64,000 nt of DNA, taken from contig CM074806.1 in assembly GCA_037447605.1 (NCBI GenBank), positions 4,712,001 through 4,776,000 on the forward strand. Reading direction: 5' to 3'. Numbering within the stretch: the stretch's first letter is position 1; each line of letters begins with the position of its first letter. This document shows, in pieces, positions 48,001-58,439 of the stretch. The notes beneath the pieces were generated by a model. That model had not been told where the DNA came from, did not search any database, and saw nothing but the letters and a program-made list of their open reading frames with translations. The position numbers and the translations under genes are program-made. This stretch comes from Zygnema circumcarinatum SAG 698-1b. Taxonomy: Eukaryota; Plantae; Zygnematophyceae.

Positions 48001-51000
48001 TAAAGTCTGAAACACCAAGGAGTTGGAAAGCTCTAAGATTTTGTGGGTGGCGAGTTTTTGGACAGACATGGCCAACTGAAGAAGAGATGAAGGCGGCCGG
48101 AGGAAAGAGGCGTGTGGGAAAGATGGTTCCCAAAGGAACTTCTGCTTATCAGGCAAGCTTATTGTTGCACGTGATATGCTGTAGAGAGGAAGGGAGGGAG
48201 GGAGGGAGGGAAGGGAGGGAGGGAGGGAGGGAGGGAAGGGAGGGAGGGAGGGAGGGGCGAAGAGAGAGGGAAGGGAGGCAGGTCGAAAAGAGATCTTTTC
48301 TAACTTCGCGAAGTCTGCTAGAAAGAAAATGATTGGTTTTTTTCCTTGTGTACGCAGTCGGCGTGGTACATCGGAGATGAGGGTGATGAGGGAGAGGACG
48401 ACGAAGGGAAGGAGGAGGAGGAGGAGGAGGAGGCCATGGCTACCGGAGATGATAGGGGCCTTGTTGGTAATGCTGGAGGAGAGAAGGAAGGCGAAGGGGA
48501 GGAGGGGAATGGAGCGGAGTTTTCAGATGAAGAGTGGGAGGAGGTGGATGAGAAGGGGAGAGGGGGAATGGCTTCAAGAGGGACTTCGGTGTGGGGGGAC
48601 GATCATGTTGATGCAATGGAGGTGAGTGTTGTTTAACCTTTACCACCCCATGAACCTAAAAAGCATTTATCACAAGTGGTAAAGTGGATCCTGTTGCCAA
48701 AAAAGGAAAAACGGAAGATGTCTTCATGGTCTTGTGTTGCGGCATTCGAATAAGTTTATGATTCGCGAGAAAGCTTATCTTCGAACCTCCTTTCATCTTT
48801 CCATTTTGACTAGACGAGTCTTGACTTGGCTTGGCTTGACTTGAATACTAAGTATCTATGCTGACGTGGCCTGCATGCACAGGAGGATGATGCCATGACG
48901 GAGGCACAGAGAGAGGCGGATCGGCAGCGATTAAAGGCGGCGCATCAGGTAGACCAAGGTTGTATTGCCACCTTTTACTCACTTCCTGCTCTCTCTCTCT
49001 CTCTCTCTCTCTCCCTCTCTCTCTCTCTCTCGTCTTTTCTCGTGTCTCTTCTCCGGCCTCTGCAACCTCAGAGACTTGCTCTACTACTTTTAAGCAGGAA
49101 CTCTAATGGTTTCGCTTGTCTAAGATTATCCTCTATCACTTCTCTCTCCTTTTCACAACGATGACTCCACAGAATTTCCGGACGAAGTCGACACTCCCAC
49201 GGATATGCCGGCAAGGCAACGCTTTGCAAAGTACCGTGGACTCAAGTCGTTTCGGAGCTCTCCATGGGATCCATATGTGTGTCTCTCCCTCCTGTCTGTC
49301 TCCCTCCCTTTCTCTCTCTACCGCCCTCTCCCTCATGTTTCTCTCTCGTCGTTGTAACTGTCTGCTTCTATCCATACTCTCCTCTCTTTCTCCATCTACT
49401 CACTAATGTTCCTGCTCAACTCTTTGCTCCGTTCTTCCGTCCCCTTCTTGCTTCTCTCTCTCTCTCTCGCTTTTCACTTCTCCCTCTCTTTCCCCCCTCG
49501 TTGTTTCTTCCTCCCCCCTCTCATTTCCTCACTTCGGTTTCCTTGGTTTGGTTTGGTTTGGTTTTCCTCACTTTGGTTTCCTTGATTTCCTTGGGCGGCT
49601 TGATAAACTGCAGGAGTCGCTTCCTTTGGAATATTCTAGAATCTTTTCTTTTGAAAATTTTAAGCGGACCCAGAAGCACGCATTGGCTCGGGCAGCAGAG
49701 GTCGACAAAGGTATCGCCGCCGAAGGAAATGTTTCTGTCGGAAATTTTGTCCGCCTTCACATCATTCGAGTCCCGCGGGAGTCTGCGGGTTAGTGAGAAT
49801 CTCCCTCACCACCTTCAAACCCTTCTACATGTTTGCAGAAAAAGGAAGGGGGCAGAGAAAAGTAGTGAGAGCAATGTGTGTTGGGTTGTTTTTTATTCAA
49901 ATTGCTTGCTTGGAAGTGTTCTGAAGGCCTATGTTGTGTTTTTTCTTTCTTACTTTCTTTATTTCTGCAGAAAAGATCATTAACTCATTCCAAAAGCTCC
50001 CTCTAGTTGTATCCGGCCTTCTGCAACATGAAGCCAAAATGTCAGTTCTGCATTTTGCGGTGAGAAAGGCCGAGGGTTACAAGGAGCCCATCAAGTCCAA
50101 GGAGCCTCTCATGCTTCACTATGGATTTCGGAGATATTCTGCGCGGTAAGAAATGCTTACTGCTAACTTACAGAAGTTAAGAACAGTGAAACCTATTCCA
50201 AACCCTAAAAACTCGTCATTTCTCGTTGATCCTTCGCTTCACACTTATCGAAGTTTGCGACTTTTTTAACTCAAGACTCCGCTTCCTTCCTAAGTCTAGA
50301 TAGAACAAACACATGATGAAACCTGCTCACCTAAAGCTTGCCGACTTTTTCCTTTCTGTCTTTTTTCTTTTTTTTTTTTTCTTTCTTTCTTTTTCTGGGG
50401 GTGAACGGATCCAGTCCTATTTTCTCCACCGACGATCTCAATGCAGATAAGCACAAGTTTGAGCGTTTTCTGCATCCGGGAAGGTTTTGCATTGCTTCTG
50501 TTTTTGCCCCCGTGGCGTACCCCTCTCTCCCTCTGCTCGCCTTCAAGGAGGATGCAGAAGGGCAAGTACAGCTGGCAGCATCTGGTTCGCTGCGAGAAAC
50601 CAATCCAGATCGCGTTATTCTTAAAAAAATCGTCCTCTCAGGGTATCAGATTTCTCCCCACATCTCCCTTTCTTCTCCCCTCGCCCCACATAGCTCAACC
50701 CTACCTTTTTTCAGATTTTATGCATTGTGATAGTCGTATTACATCTACATTAAGCGTCTTAGAGGGGTGTAATTTATTGGGGGTTTTTTTTTTTTTTTTG
50801 AGAAAGTGTTCTAAACAGTTTCTGCTTTCTCGTCTTTTTTTTTTTTTTTTTTCTGTTTCTAAAAAAAAAAAAAGTATTGGCATTTGTGCATGTAAAACTT
50901 GGGGCTGATGAGAGGCCAACCTTCTATGGCAGGTAGAAAGAATAGGGGAGGAAACCGTGAACCTATGTGAACCGATTTTCCGGAAAGTGTTTATTCGAAG

Positions 51001-51768
51001 GAAATTGCTGTGTATTCATTCTTGGTTGAGGAGGGAGTTGTGCAGGTATCCTTTGAGCGTGTCAAAGCGGAAGGCGGTTGTGAAATATTTATTTCATAAT
51101 GCGGACGATGTTCGTTGGTTCAAGGTCACTCATCTCACTTTTCTCCCTCCTTCCTCCTTCTGTCATACTGCTCTCATTTACTTCCTCGTCCCCTCATTTC
51201 ATCTTCCCTCCCTCCCTTCCCTCTCTCTCTCTCTCTCTCTCACTCTCTCTCTCTCCCTCCAATCTCTTCTTTTTCACATCTTTCCTGTCTTCACCTCACT
51301 GCTTCTCTTTCCAGCCAAAATTGCATTGTTTCTTTTCTTTTATTTTTTTTAAGAGTGGAAGGAATGATCAGAGTTAATGGTTGACCTCTTTTTTTGTGTT
51401 TGGGGAGTGCAGCCGGTGGAGCTTTACACAAAGTATGGGAGACGGGGTCGGATTCGTGAGCCAGTGGGGGAGAAAGGTATATATAACGAGACTCTAGTTT
51501 TTTGTGCTTTGGGGTCAAAGCAAAGCAGACGAAGAGCCTGAAATGGCTACTGATGTGACGTCAGTCACAGTTTCAGACTTTGTGAATGACTAGTTCGGTC
51601 GGTTTGACTTCCCTGCTTTTTGCGGAGTCACGGTCGGTGACATAATCCGGTGGTTGGGTGACCTTTTCAGGTAACATGAAGTGCATATTTGACGGAGTTC
51701 TGCAGCAGAGGGATGCCGTCTGCCTCAACCTCTACAAGCGCGTCTATCCCAAGTGGCCCCAGCCATGA
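45058..51768 (+). CDS. TSR1: Pre-rRNA-processing protein TSR1 (40S biogenesis, BMS1/TSR1 family)
   Basis: Starts [20 protein letters not shown]. Internal exons encode [99 protein letters not shown] and [26 protein letters not shown]. The stop TGA is at 51766-68. Confidence 0.95.
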
Positions 51769-53303
51769 AGTGTGAGGGAAAGAGGGAGAGATGGTGGGGG
51801 GGAGAGAGAGAGAGAGAGAAGAGAGAGAAATAGGGAGAGTGAAAGGGAATATTTTTCTACAGTGTAAGGAGGTGGTTTAATCAGATGGATTGGAGGGGAT
51901 CTGAGCTGTAGGTGGTTCTTTCAAAGAAAGGCCTGTTGGAAGGGAACAATGGTTGTAAAAAAGAAAAATTGAAAAATTGGAAGAAGTCCGACCTGAAAAC
52001 ATGAAGGGAGAAAGGTGGAGTGGTGAGAATGTAGAGGGGTGTTGTCTGAACATCCGTGCGAGTGTTTGGTTTCACACTGGAAACAGTTCTGAAATGAAAG
52101 CAAAATTTTCTGTGAACTGTTTGCCGATACGAAGCCCCAAATGCGCACCTGCTGCAACTTGTGAAGGTGTGCAAGACTTCAAAAGCTGTTGCTGGCTTCT
52201 CAGCATGAGCTGGCCGCACTGTTAGTGTCAGGACACGTCATGGGGTGGACATGTTACCGTGTGAAACATGGCAATGTAGTGAGCTCGATAGTCTGCTTGA
52301 GAATAGCAAGAACACCAACAGACGGAGGGATGGGGAGGGGAAAGAGGAGGAGAGGGGAGAGTCGAACAAGGAGTACAAAAACAGAGGAAGAAAGGAAAGG
52401 AGGAAACGAAAAGCTGGGGGAGGGAGGAAGGGGGTGGAGGGATGGAGGGAGGGAGGGAAGGTAGAGTGGATTGGGGGGGGGGAGGGATGATCACCATCAC
52501 CACCATTAGCATTACCGTCACTGTCATCTCATCACCATCATTCAATATCCATTCATCATCATCGTTTGTTCATCGCCATCACCATCATGGCCATGCCACC
52601 AATCCTCCAACCAAAAAAGCCGAAGTACAAAAAAGAACCTCTTTACTGAGAGAGCGTTGCCGCCCTTCAGCCGAAATGAACAAAATCCCGCGAGCGAACA
52701 GACATCCTGCCGCTACTTTGGACTCACAAAACTGCCGCCAGAACATTTCTCCCCAATGATCTGGAGGAGAAAAAAAAAAAAAAAACTATCCTGCAAGTCC
52801 TGCCCCGCTATGCACATCTCTGGAAAAAGACCCGCCGACATCCACAGGGCCAGAGCCTATCTTGTAAAACTCGATCAAAAATGATGTGGCTGACTTGCAA
52901 GTCACCATTCCAATATACGCTACCGACTAGCTTAACAGCAGATTTGCTGTTAGCCAGATGACCTCATCATTGAGTATGCTGATGCAGGCCCTACCTCGCT
53001 TCATTCACTTACAAAAACTTCTCCCTACCCTAATCTATTCCCCTTTTTGGCTAAGGAACATGTATGTGTCCCATGCTGTAGACCTACTACTTCACTGCAA
53101 GACAAAAAATCAAAGAAAGTCGCAGGTCCCTTTTCTACATTCGGAAGGCATATCACACACATTGACAGAGAGATGTACAGCGGCCCATCGGCGAAGCAGC
53201 CTGTGCCGGAATTGAACGTCAAGACAGTTCTCGTCCCAAAAATTCACTGCAGAAGGGAACGAGCAGAAAACCACAGACGGAGGAAGCTCTGCTTTCTTCT
53301 ACA

Positions 53304-55376
53304 TTACGATGCGGAGGCCATGGCCAGCCGCAACTGCGTCTGCTCGTCCGCCACCTTCTTCGGCTGCCGGGACAGGCCTGCTTCCTTCAGGACCATAGCC
53401 AGCCCCGCCTTCACTTGCCCAGCTCGACTGGTCCTCGGCTTCACTGACGGTGGCTGCCACTCCGAATTCATCACTCTCGCCTCCCGAACAGATGCTCTTT
53501 CAGGGGCGCCGCCCCTCACCTCCAGAGCAGCCGCCTGTCCAGGCAATCCTTGGTTGATAGCTGCAGAGGCTTTCGGTGACCCTCTTCCCATTGCTTCTAC
53601 ATACCCTTGCCCTCTGGCCACACTGTTGATGTTCTCCGCTACAGAGAACACCTTCCCCAGGTAGATTACAGCATCTACTTTCTCTTCCAGCTCAAGCTCC
53701 AAGACGATGGGTTCAGCTTCCTCATTGCAAGCTGCAGTGCTTCCTGTCGTTGCAATTTTTGAGGCAACCGCAGTTTTTGGTGGAACACGTAGCGCTGCTC
53801 CTCCAAGAACCGCAGATTGCACTCTGCATTTGTCAGCATGGCCAGAAAGAACCTCATTTGTAGTCCTCTTGTAAGGAGCCAGCCACTTAGCTCTCATGTA
53901 CTCTGCCTTTCTCCATGGTGGCAAGTGCATGCCTCTTCTTTTGAGGGAGCGCTTCGTGGCCTCTGTCATGACATCCACAATCTGCTGAAGGCGCTCGGCC
54001 CGGCCGACAAATACTGCAGGAATTGTCTGGAGAGCCGCATTGTATTGCTGTGTCGGACGTGCTATTTGAAACTGTCCACGGAAGTCGAGGTCAATGAGGT
54101 ACCTCTCTTTCCCTGTTGACGAAATTGTGACGTCCAAATATTCGTAATCACCTGCAAGAATCAAGGCCACGTTAGAGCCTTGCCACTTCGTCACAATTTT
54201 CTGAAAAGGGAAAGGAAAAATGTAAGGAGTTGGAACAGAATCCAAACGAACCATTCAGGCTTTTGACTGCAATAAGTCTCCAAGACTCACCTCCAGGGAA
54301 CCCTCTCGAATGATCCCAGCGCGACTTGCAGATGGCAGCATTGTGTCCTAGAGCCCTCAGGCGAGTCATCACAGCGCGTCGCAGGCACGCCCTGGAGCAG
54401 TCTCCGAGCTCCGCGTTGCATACAGTGTCCACATCATCCCAAGCTTCCTTGACAGTGGCTACTACATCTGACAAAAGCTTCCTCTCTGTTCCACTTGCGC
54501 AGCGCACAAGACCCTGCATGTTGAAACAGCCCCATATGAGCAGAATTCGAAGCAATTCGCTCAGACACGCCTTCACTACTTACTGCCAAACATGTAGATA
54601 TTGATCATCAATCCTAAAACGTACTAAACCTCTCACTGGGAATGACCGATCAAGCGATTGTCTCAGGAGGTTCCCTATGTACGAGTGCTTGCCCACCTGT
54701 AGGATTTTCGGAAGCTCTCCAATGTTGCAATCCTCCTCTTCAGCATCACTTCCACAGCAACCGTAGCCGTTGCAAGCGCCGTTTTCGCAGTTGCAACGAG
54801 CGCGGCCACAACGATTCAGCTCTTCTTCATCCTCCATGAATTCATTCACCATTGCAGCCAAGCAGACAGAGTTCGGCTCATGTTCACTTCCGGAACTGCA
54901 TCATACAAGACACGATATCAACAACCGCATCAGTATTATCCCTTTCAGCATTCTGCAAGACGGAATATCGCTCACCCTGCTCTGCATTTTCATTGCTCCA
55001 AGCAAAGAGGAGTGTAACCAAATAGAGAATAATACCTGCTGCTGCCATTGCTGCCAACTGGTGGTTGATGGCCACCAAACAGACGGCTGTCGCAAATTTT
55101 TGCTTTCACAGATTCCGCGATTGGGTCTGACACCTGCTTGGCTCGATGCTGGCTCGGGAATGAGGAACCCCCTGCAGCTGCGGCTGGAGCAGGCTTGTCA
55201 GCGGCCTCGTGAACTTCTTCTAAAGGAAGAGGGAGAACCTTCGCCCCCATGGATCGCAGCCGAGACACAGAAACCCTCTCTGCAGGGGCTTTCTCCACCT
55301 TCCTTCCGCCTGCAGGCGCCTTCACCTTCTCCACCTTCAATCCCGAGACGGGTCGGAATACGAAGAGGCCCGGCAT
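53304..55376 (-). CDS. Plant-specific DUF506 family protein
   Basis: Exons 55376-55036, 54895-54686, 54513-54291 and 54151-53304. Motifs EPNSVCLAAMVNEFME, CGRARCNCENG, AAICKSRWD, GDYEYLDV, IDLDFRGQFQIARPT, FVG..RL, GMHLPPWRKAEYMRAKWL and WQPPSVKP. Confidence 0.93.
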
Positions 55377-55639
55377 GGTTTTCCTACGTTTCCACTTCTT
55401 CAACTTCCTTCTTCGCCAGCAGCAGCGCTATCTCTCCGACTATCTGCGAATCCTTCCTCACTTGCAACTCCTCGCGCTCTATCCTCACCCTATTTCTACC
55501 TCTCACACCCTCTTATCTTGCTCTGCGTCGTCACTTGCAAGACCCCTGCAGCATATCCTCCCTCTGAGGGACCTCCCTGCTCGCTCCTGAAAGATGCCCT
55601 CTCTCTCAAGCCCCGCCAGACAATTCCAATAGCTGCCCG

Positions 55640-57930
55640 CTCGCTTTAATCACTGCCGCCCTTTGGCCCAGCCCCTTCCTTAACCTTGCAGCACCCATGG
55701 CCGCCCCGCCCCCTTATGTGGCCAGCAGGGCCCCGCCCGGCATCCGCATCTGCCGATCCCCCGCGCCGGCATCGCCGCGCCGCGCGGTTTCCAAACACAC
55801 GTGGCGCCGCCGCGCGCTTCGACCAAGACCCCGCGGCGGACCGCGCGGTTTTCTTAACCGCGAGGTCACGCGCAGCGGCCAGGTGCAGTGCACCGCGGGC
55901 GGGAGGGGAGCCAGGGGGGATGCACCGGGGAGTGCGCGCGCATGCGCTGCATGGGGGGCATGGCTCCATGGCATGGCGGGATGAGCCATGATGGCGTGTG
56001 CCATCTCATGCCGCGCGTGTGCTGACGGGGCAGGCCACGTGGGACGGGCGTTTCGGCGTGCCGCCCAGTGGGAGATATTGGCGGAGCGGCCCGCGAGACC
56101 GGGCAGGTGAATTTGAAATTCTTCGGGTTCAGGGTCCCGGCACGCGAGCGCGTGGGCGTGGCGTAATCTGGGCTGTCGATCTTGCGCGTGCTCCAATCGG
56201 ACGGTTGGCAGCGACACGTTTCCGCGGTCGCGGGACGGCGGCCGGCAAGCGGCACGACGGTTGGCGGGTGGTGACGTGGCGCTGACGCGGCGGCATGTGG
56301 CCGCCCCAGGGCCGGGGAAGATTTTCGAGGCAATTATTGTTTCGGGCACGCGTCAAAAAGTTTCAGAACGTCGTCGCCACGCAAAGGAAAACGGTATATT
56401 CCGTACATAGTGATTATTCAAAGGGCTGACCGTTTATCCGGGCAAGTAAAAAACGTCGTCTCGGCCAATCAGACGCCTTTCGGAGGTCCGTAAAGGCGCT
56501 GACCGTGCTGCCCGTTTTCTAGGGCATCTTCTCGGAGCGTGCCCTGGAGTCAACCGCCGGAGGGCTAGATGCGAAAATTGTTTTCAGGTTATTCGTCGCC
56601 TTCCCCGTTATCCTCTCACCGTACAACCGAACAAGTTGAGAAATTGAGAAATTGAGAAATGAGTTTATTTAATTTCTCAATTTTCAGGGGTCCGACTTTG
56701 AACACTCGAGGTCGAAACTTTTTGATTTAAGAAAGCGAAACGTTCGAAATAAAAGTTCAGAGACGCAACACGTTCGGTCGCACGTGTGGATTCCAATTTT
56801 TGCCACGCTGGTTTCACGCGATTTGAGGGATTCAGTTAACCCGGACCCCATTTTTGTTTCGTACGACTCTTCTCGCGAGCTGATCAACAATTTCTGTACG
56901 AACAACCGGGTCTAATGCGCTTTTGCGATCCTCTAAAATCTCATTGTTGGTCAGTGGACCCAAGCTAAGCTCCAATTGAATGCGAACGATAATTAATTGT
57001 TCAATGTTCAACTGGTTCTCCATAAAAATTGTATTAAGAAGAAAATTTAGGAACTCATTCTCATTTCTCAAAATGAATCGTGTTCACAAATATAAGTTAT
57101 TTTTTTCGAAAAGCTAAAATCTTTAATTTCTTTTATTCTCAACCTGTTCGGTCTTACGGTATCCACTTTACGAACCGCCTTTGTCGTATTCGCCCTGCCG
57201 CGTGGTCGCCCATGCAGCCCACTTTCCAGCGCCGCCTCCTCTCCTCCAATCCGCCGTTGCCACGTCATCCCCAACAACTCCGCCCGCCCGCCCCCTTCCC
57301 CTCCTCCTCCGCCTCGCGCGTGCCACGTGCCGCCTACGGGACCACGGCCTCTGCCGGCGCGGCCAGTTGTCGAGCATGCAGCAAACGGCATTTCGCCAAC
57401 GTCGCTCGAATTTGTCGCTTTCTGTCATCTTTGCATCTTCCTGATCCGCAGCAAATCCGACGTGGCACAGCTCCAAACCTTCCAGAAACTTGGAATATGC
57501 ACGCCAAGATGCCCCGCCCTTTCATTGGCCCAAATTTATCCCTTGGACCGCGTCCGGATCTTTCCGGAACCATCCATTGGCGGAAGGGGCCGCTGCCGTC
57601 GGATCATTTCCAACTCAGGATCTGTGGGCGCCACGTGGCAGAGCGCATGGTCAGCTGGCGGCCCGCGGAGCCGCCACCGCGCGGCCGGCAGGCGTACGGA
57701 TGGACTTCCGCGTCAACCGTACGGTCGCAGCCGCCAAAAGGGGACCGCGGACCGGCGGACCCGTGCCGACCGAACGGACCGCGCGGCGCGTGGTTCTGCG
57801 CGCGAAAATCGCGCGGCGGCTGCGCGGTTTATGGCCCTCCGGGAAATTGGGACGCCGTCGGACGTTCGCGTGTCGTAAGGGTCCGTACAGTAAGGACTGT
57901 ACGGTTTAACCGTGGATAACGTGCGGTACG
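55640..57930. other. GC/CpG-rich non-coding island with an AT-richer core; motif-dense, possibly a non-autonomous transposon and/or DUF506 regulatory region
   Basis: The GC content steps up sharply. It contains many ACGTGGC, CCAAT and CCGTAC motifs, internal inverted repeats and no recognisable protein. Confidence 0.5.
57246..57264 (+). promoter_or_regulatory. Exact CCAAT-N9-CCACG composite (ERSE-I-type)
   Basis: Reads CCAAT ccgccgttg CCACG(TC). Confidence 0.5.
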
Positions 57931-58439
57931 AATGATGGCGTCATGCTGACGCCTGCTTGTTTGAGATCGCCCAAGTTTGACTCATGGGAGGGGATGAGAC
58001 TTATTCGTGATTCACACGTGCGGGCGACAGGTGGGTTTTAGGGGCATTTGGGTCTATGCAAAGCACTTGCACCCATGTTGCTTTCACAAGGTTGAGTTGT
58101 TCAGAACAATGTGTGTCAACTCTGATCCATGAAATTTGTTCAACAACTCCTTGAACAGAAACGTGGGTAAGGGGGAAAGCGCGGAGAGGGAAGTGCGAGC
58201 CCCTTCCAGAACACAAAACGGATTCGATTTTAGAAAAAAAATTACTTATTAATTCAGCCGTCAAGAGTCAACAACAGCATGCTCTCTCCTGCAGCAGAGG
58301 CCTCGGCCTGCACTCCCAATTGCCTGCTGCCTCAGAAGACCGCAAAATAAATGGGGCCTCCCACAAACAATAGAGTAGACCCGAACCCCTCCGGTAAACA
58401 GCGCCCACAGAGCGCTGAAAAAGTGAAGGATTCCTGCAG

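Noticed and set aside
54770-55567. 265-aa plus-strand ORF
   Set aside because: It is the antisense shadow of DUF506 exons 1-2.
57080-57919. 279-aa ORF and other long overlapping ORFs in the GC-rich island (55646-56356, 57068-57909)
   Set aside because: They are R/P/A/G-rich, open in several frames on both strands as expected at high GC, and show no recognisable domain or splice structure.
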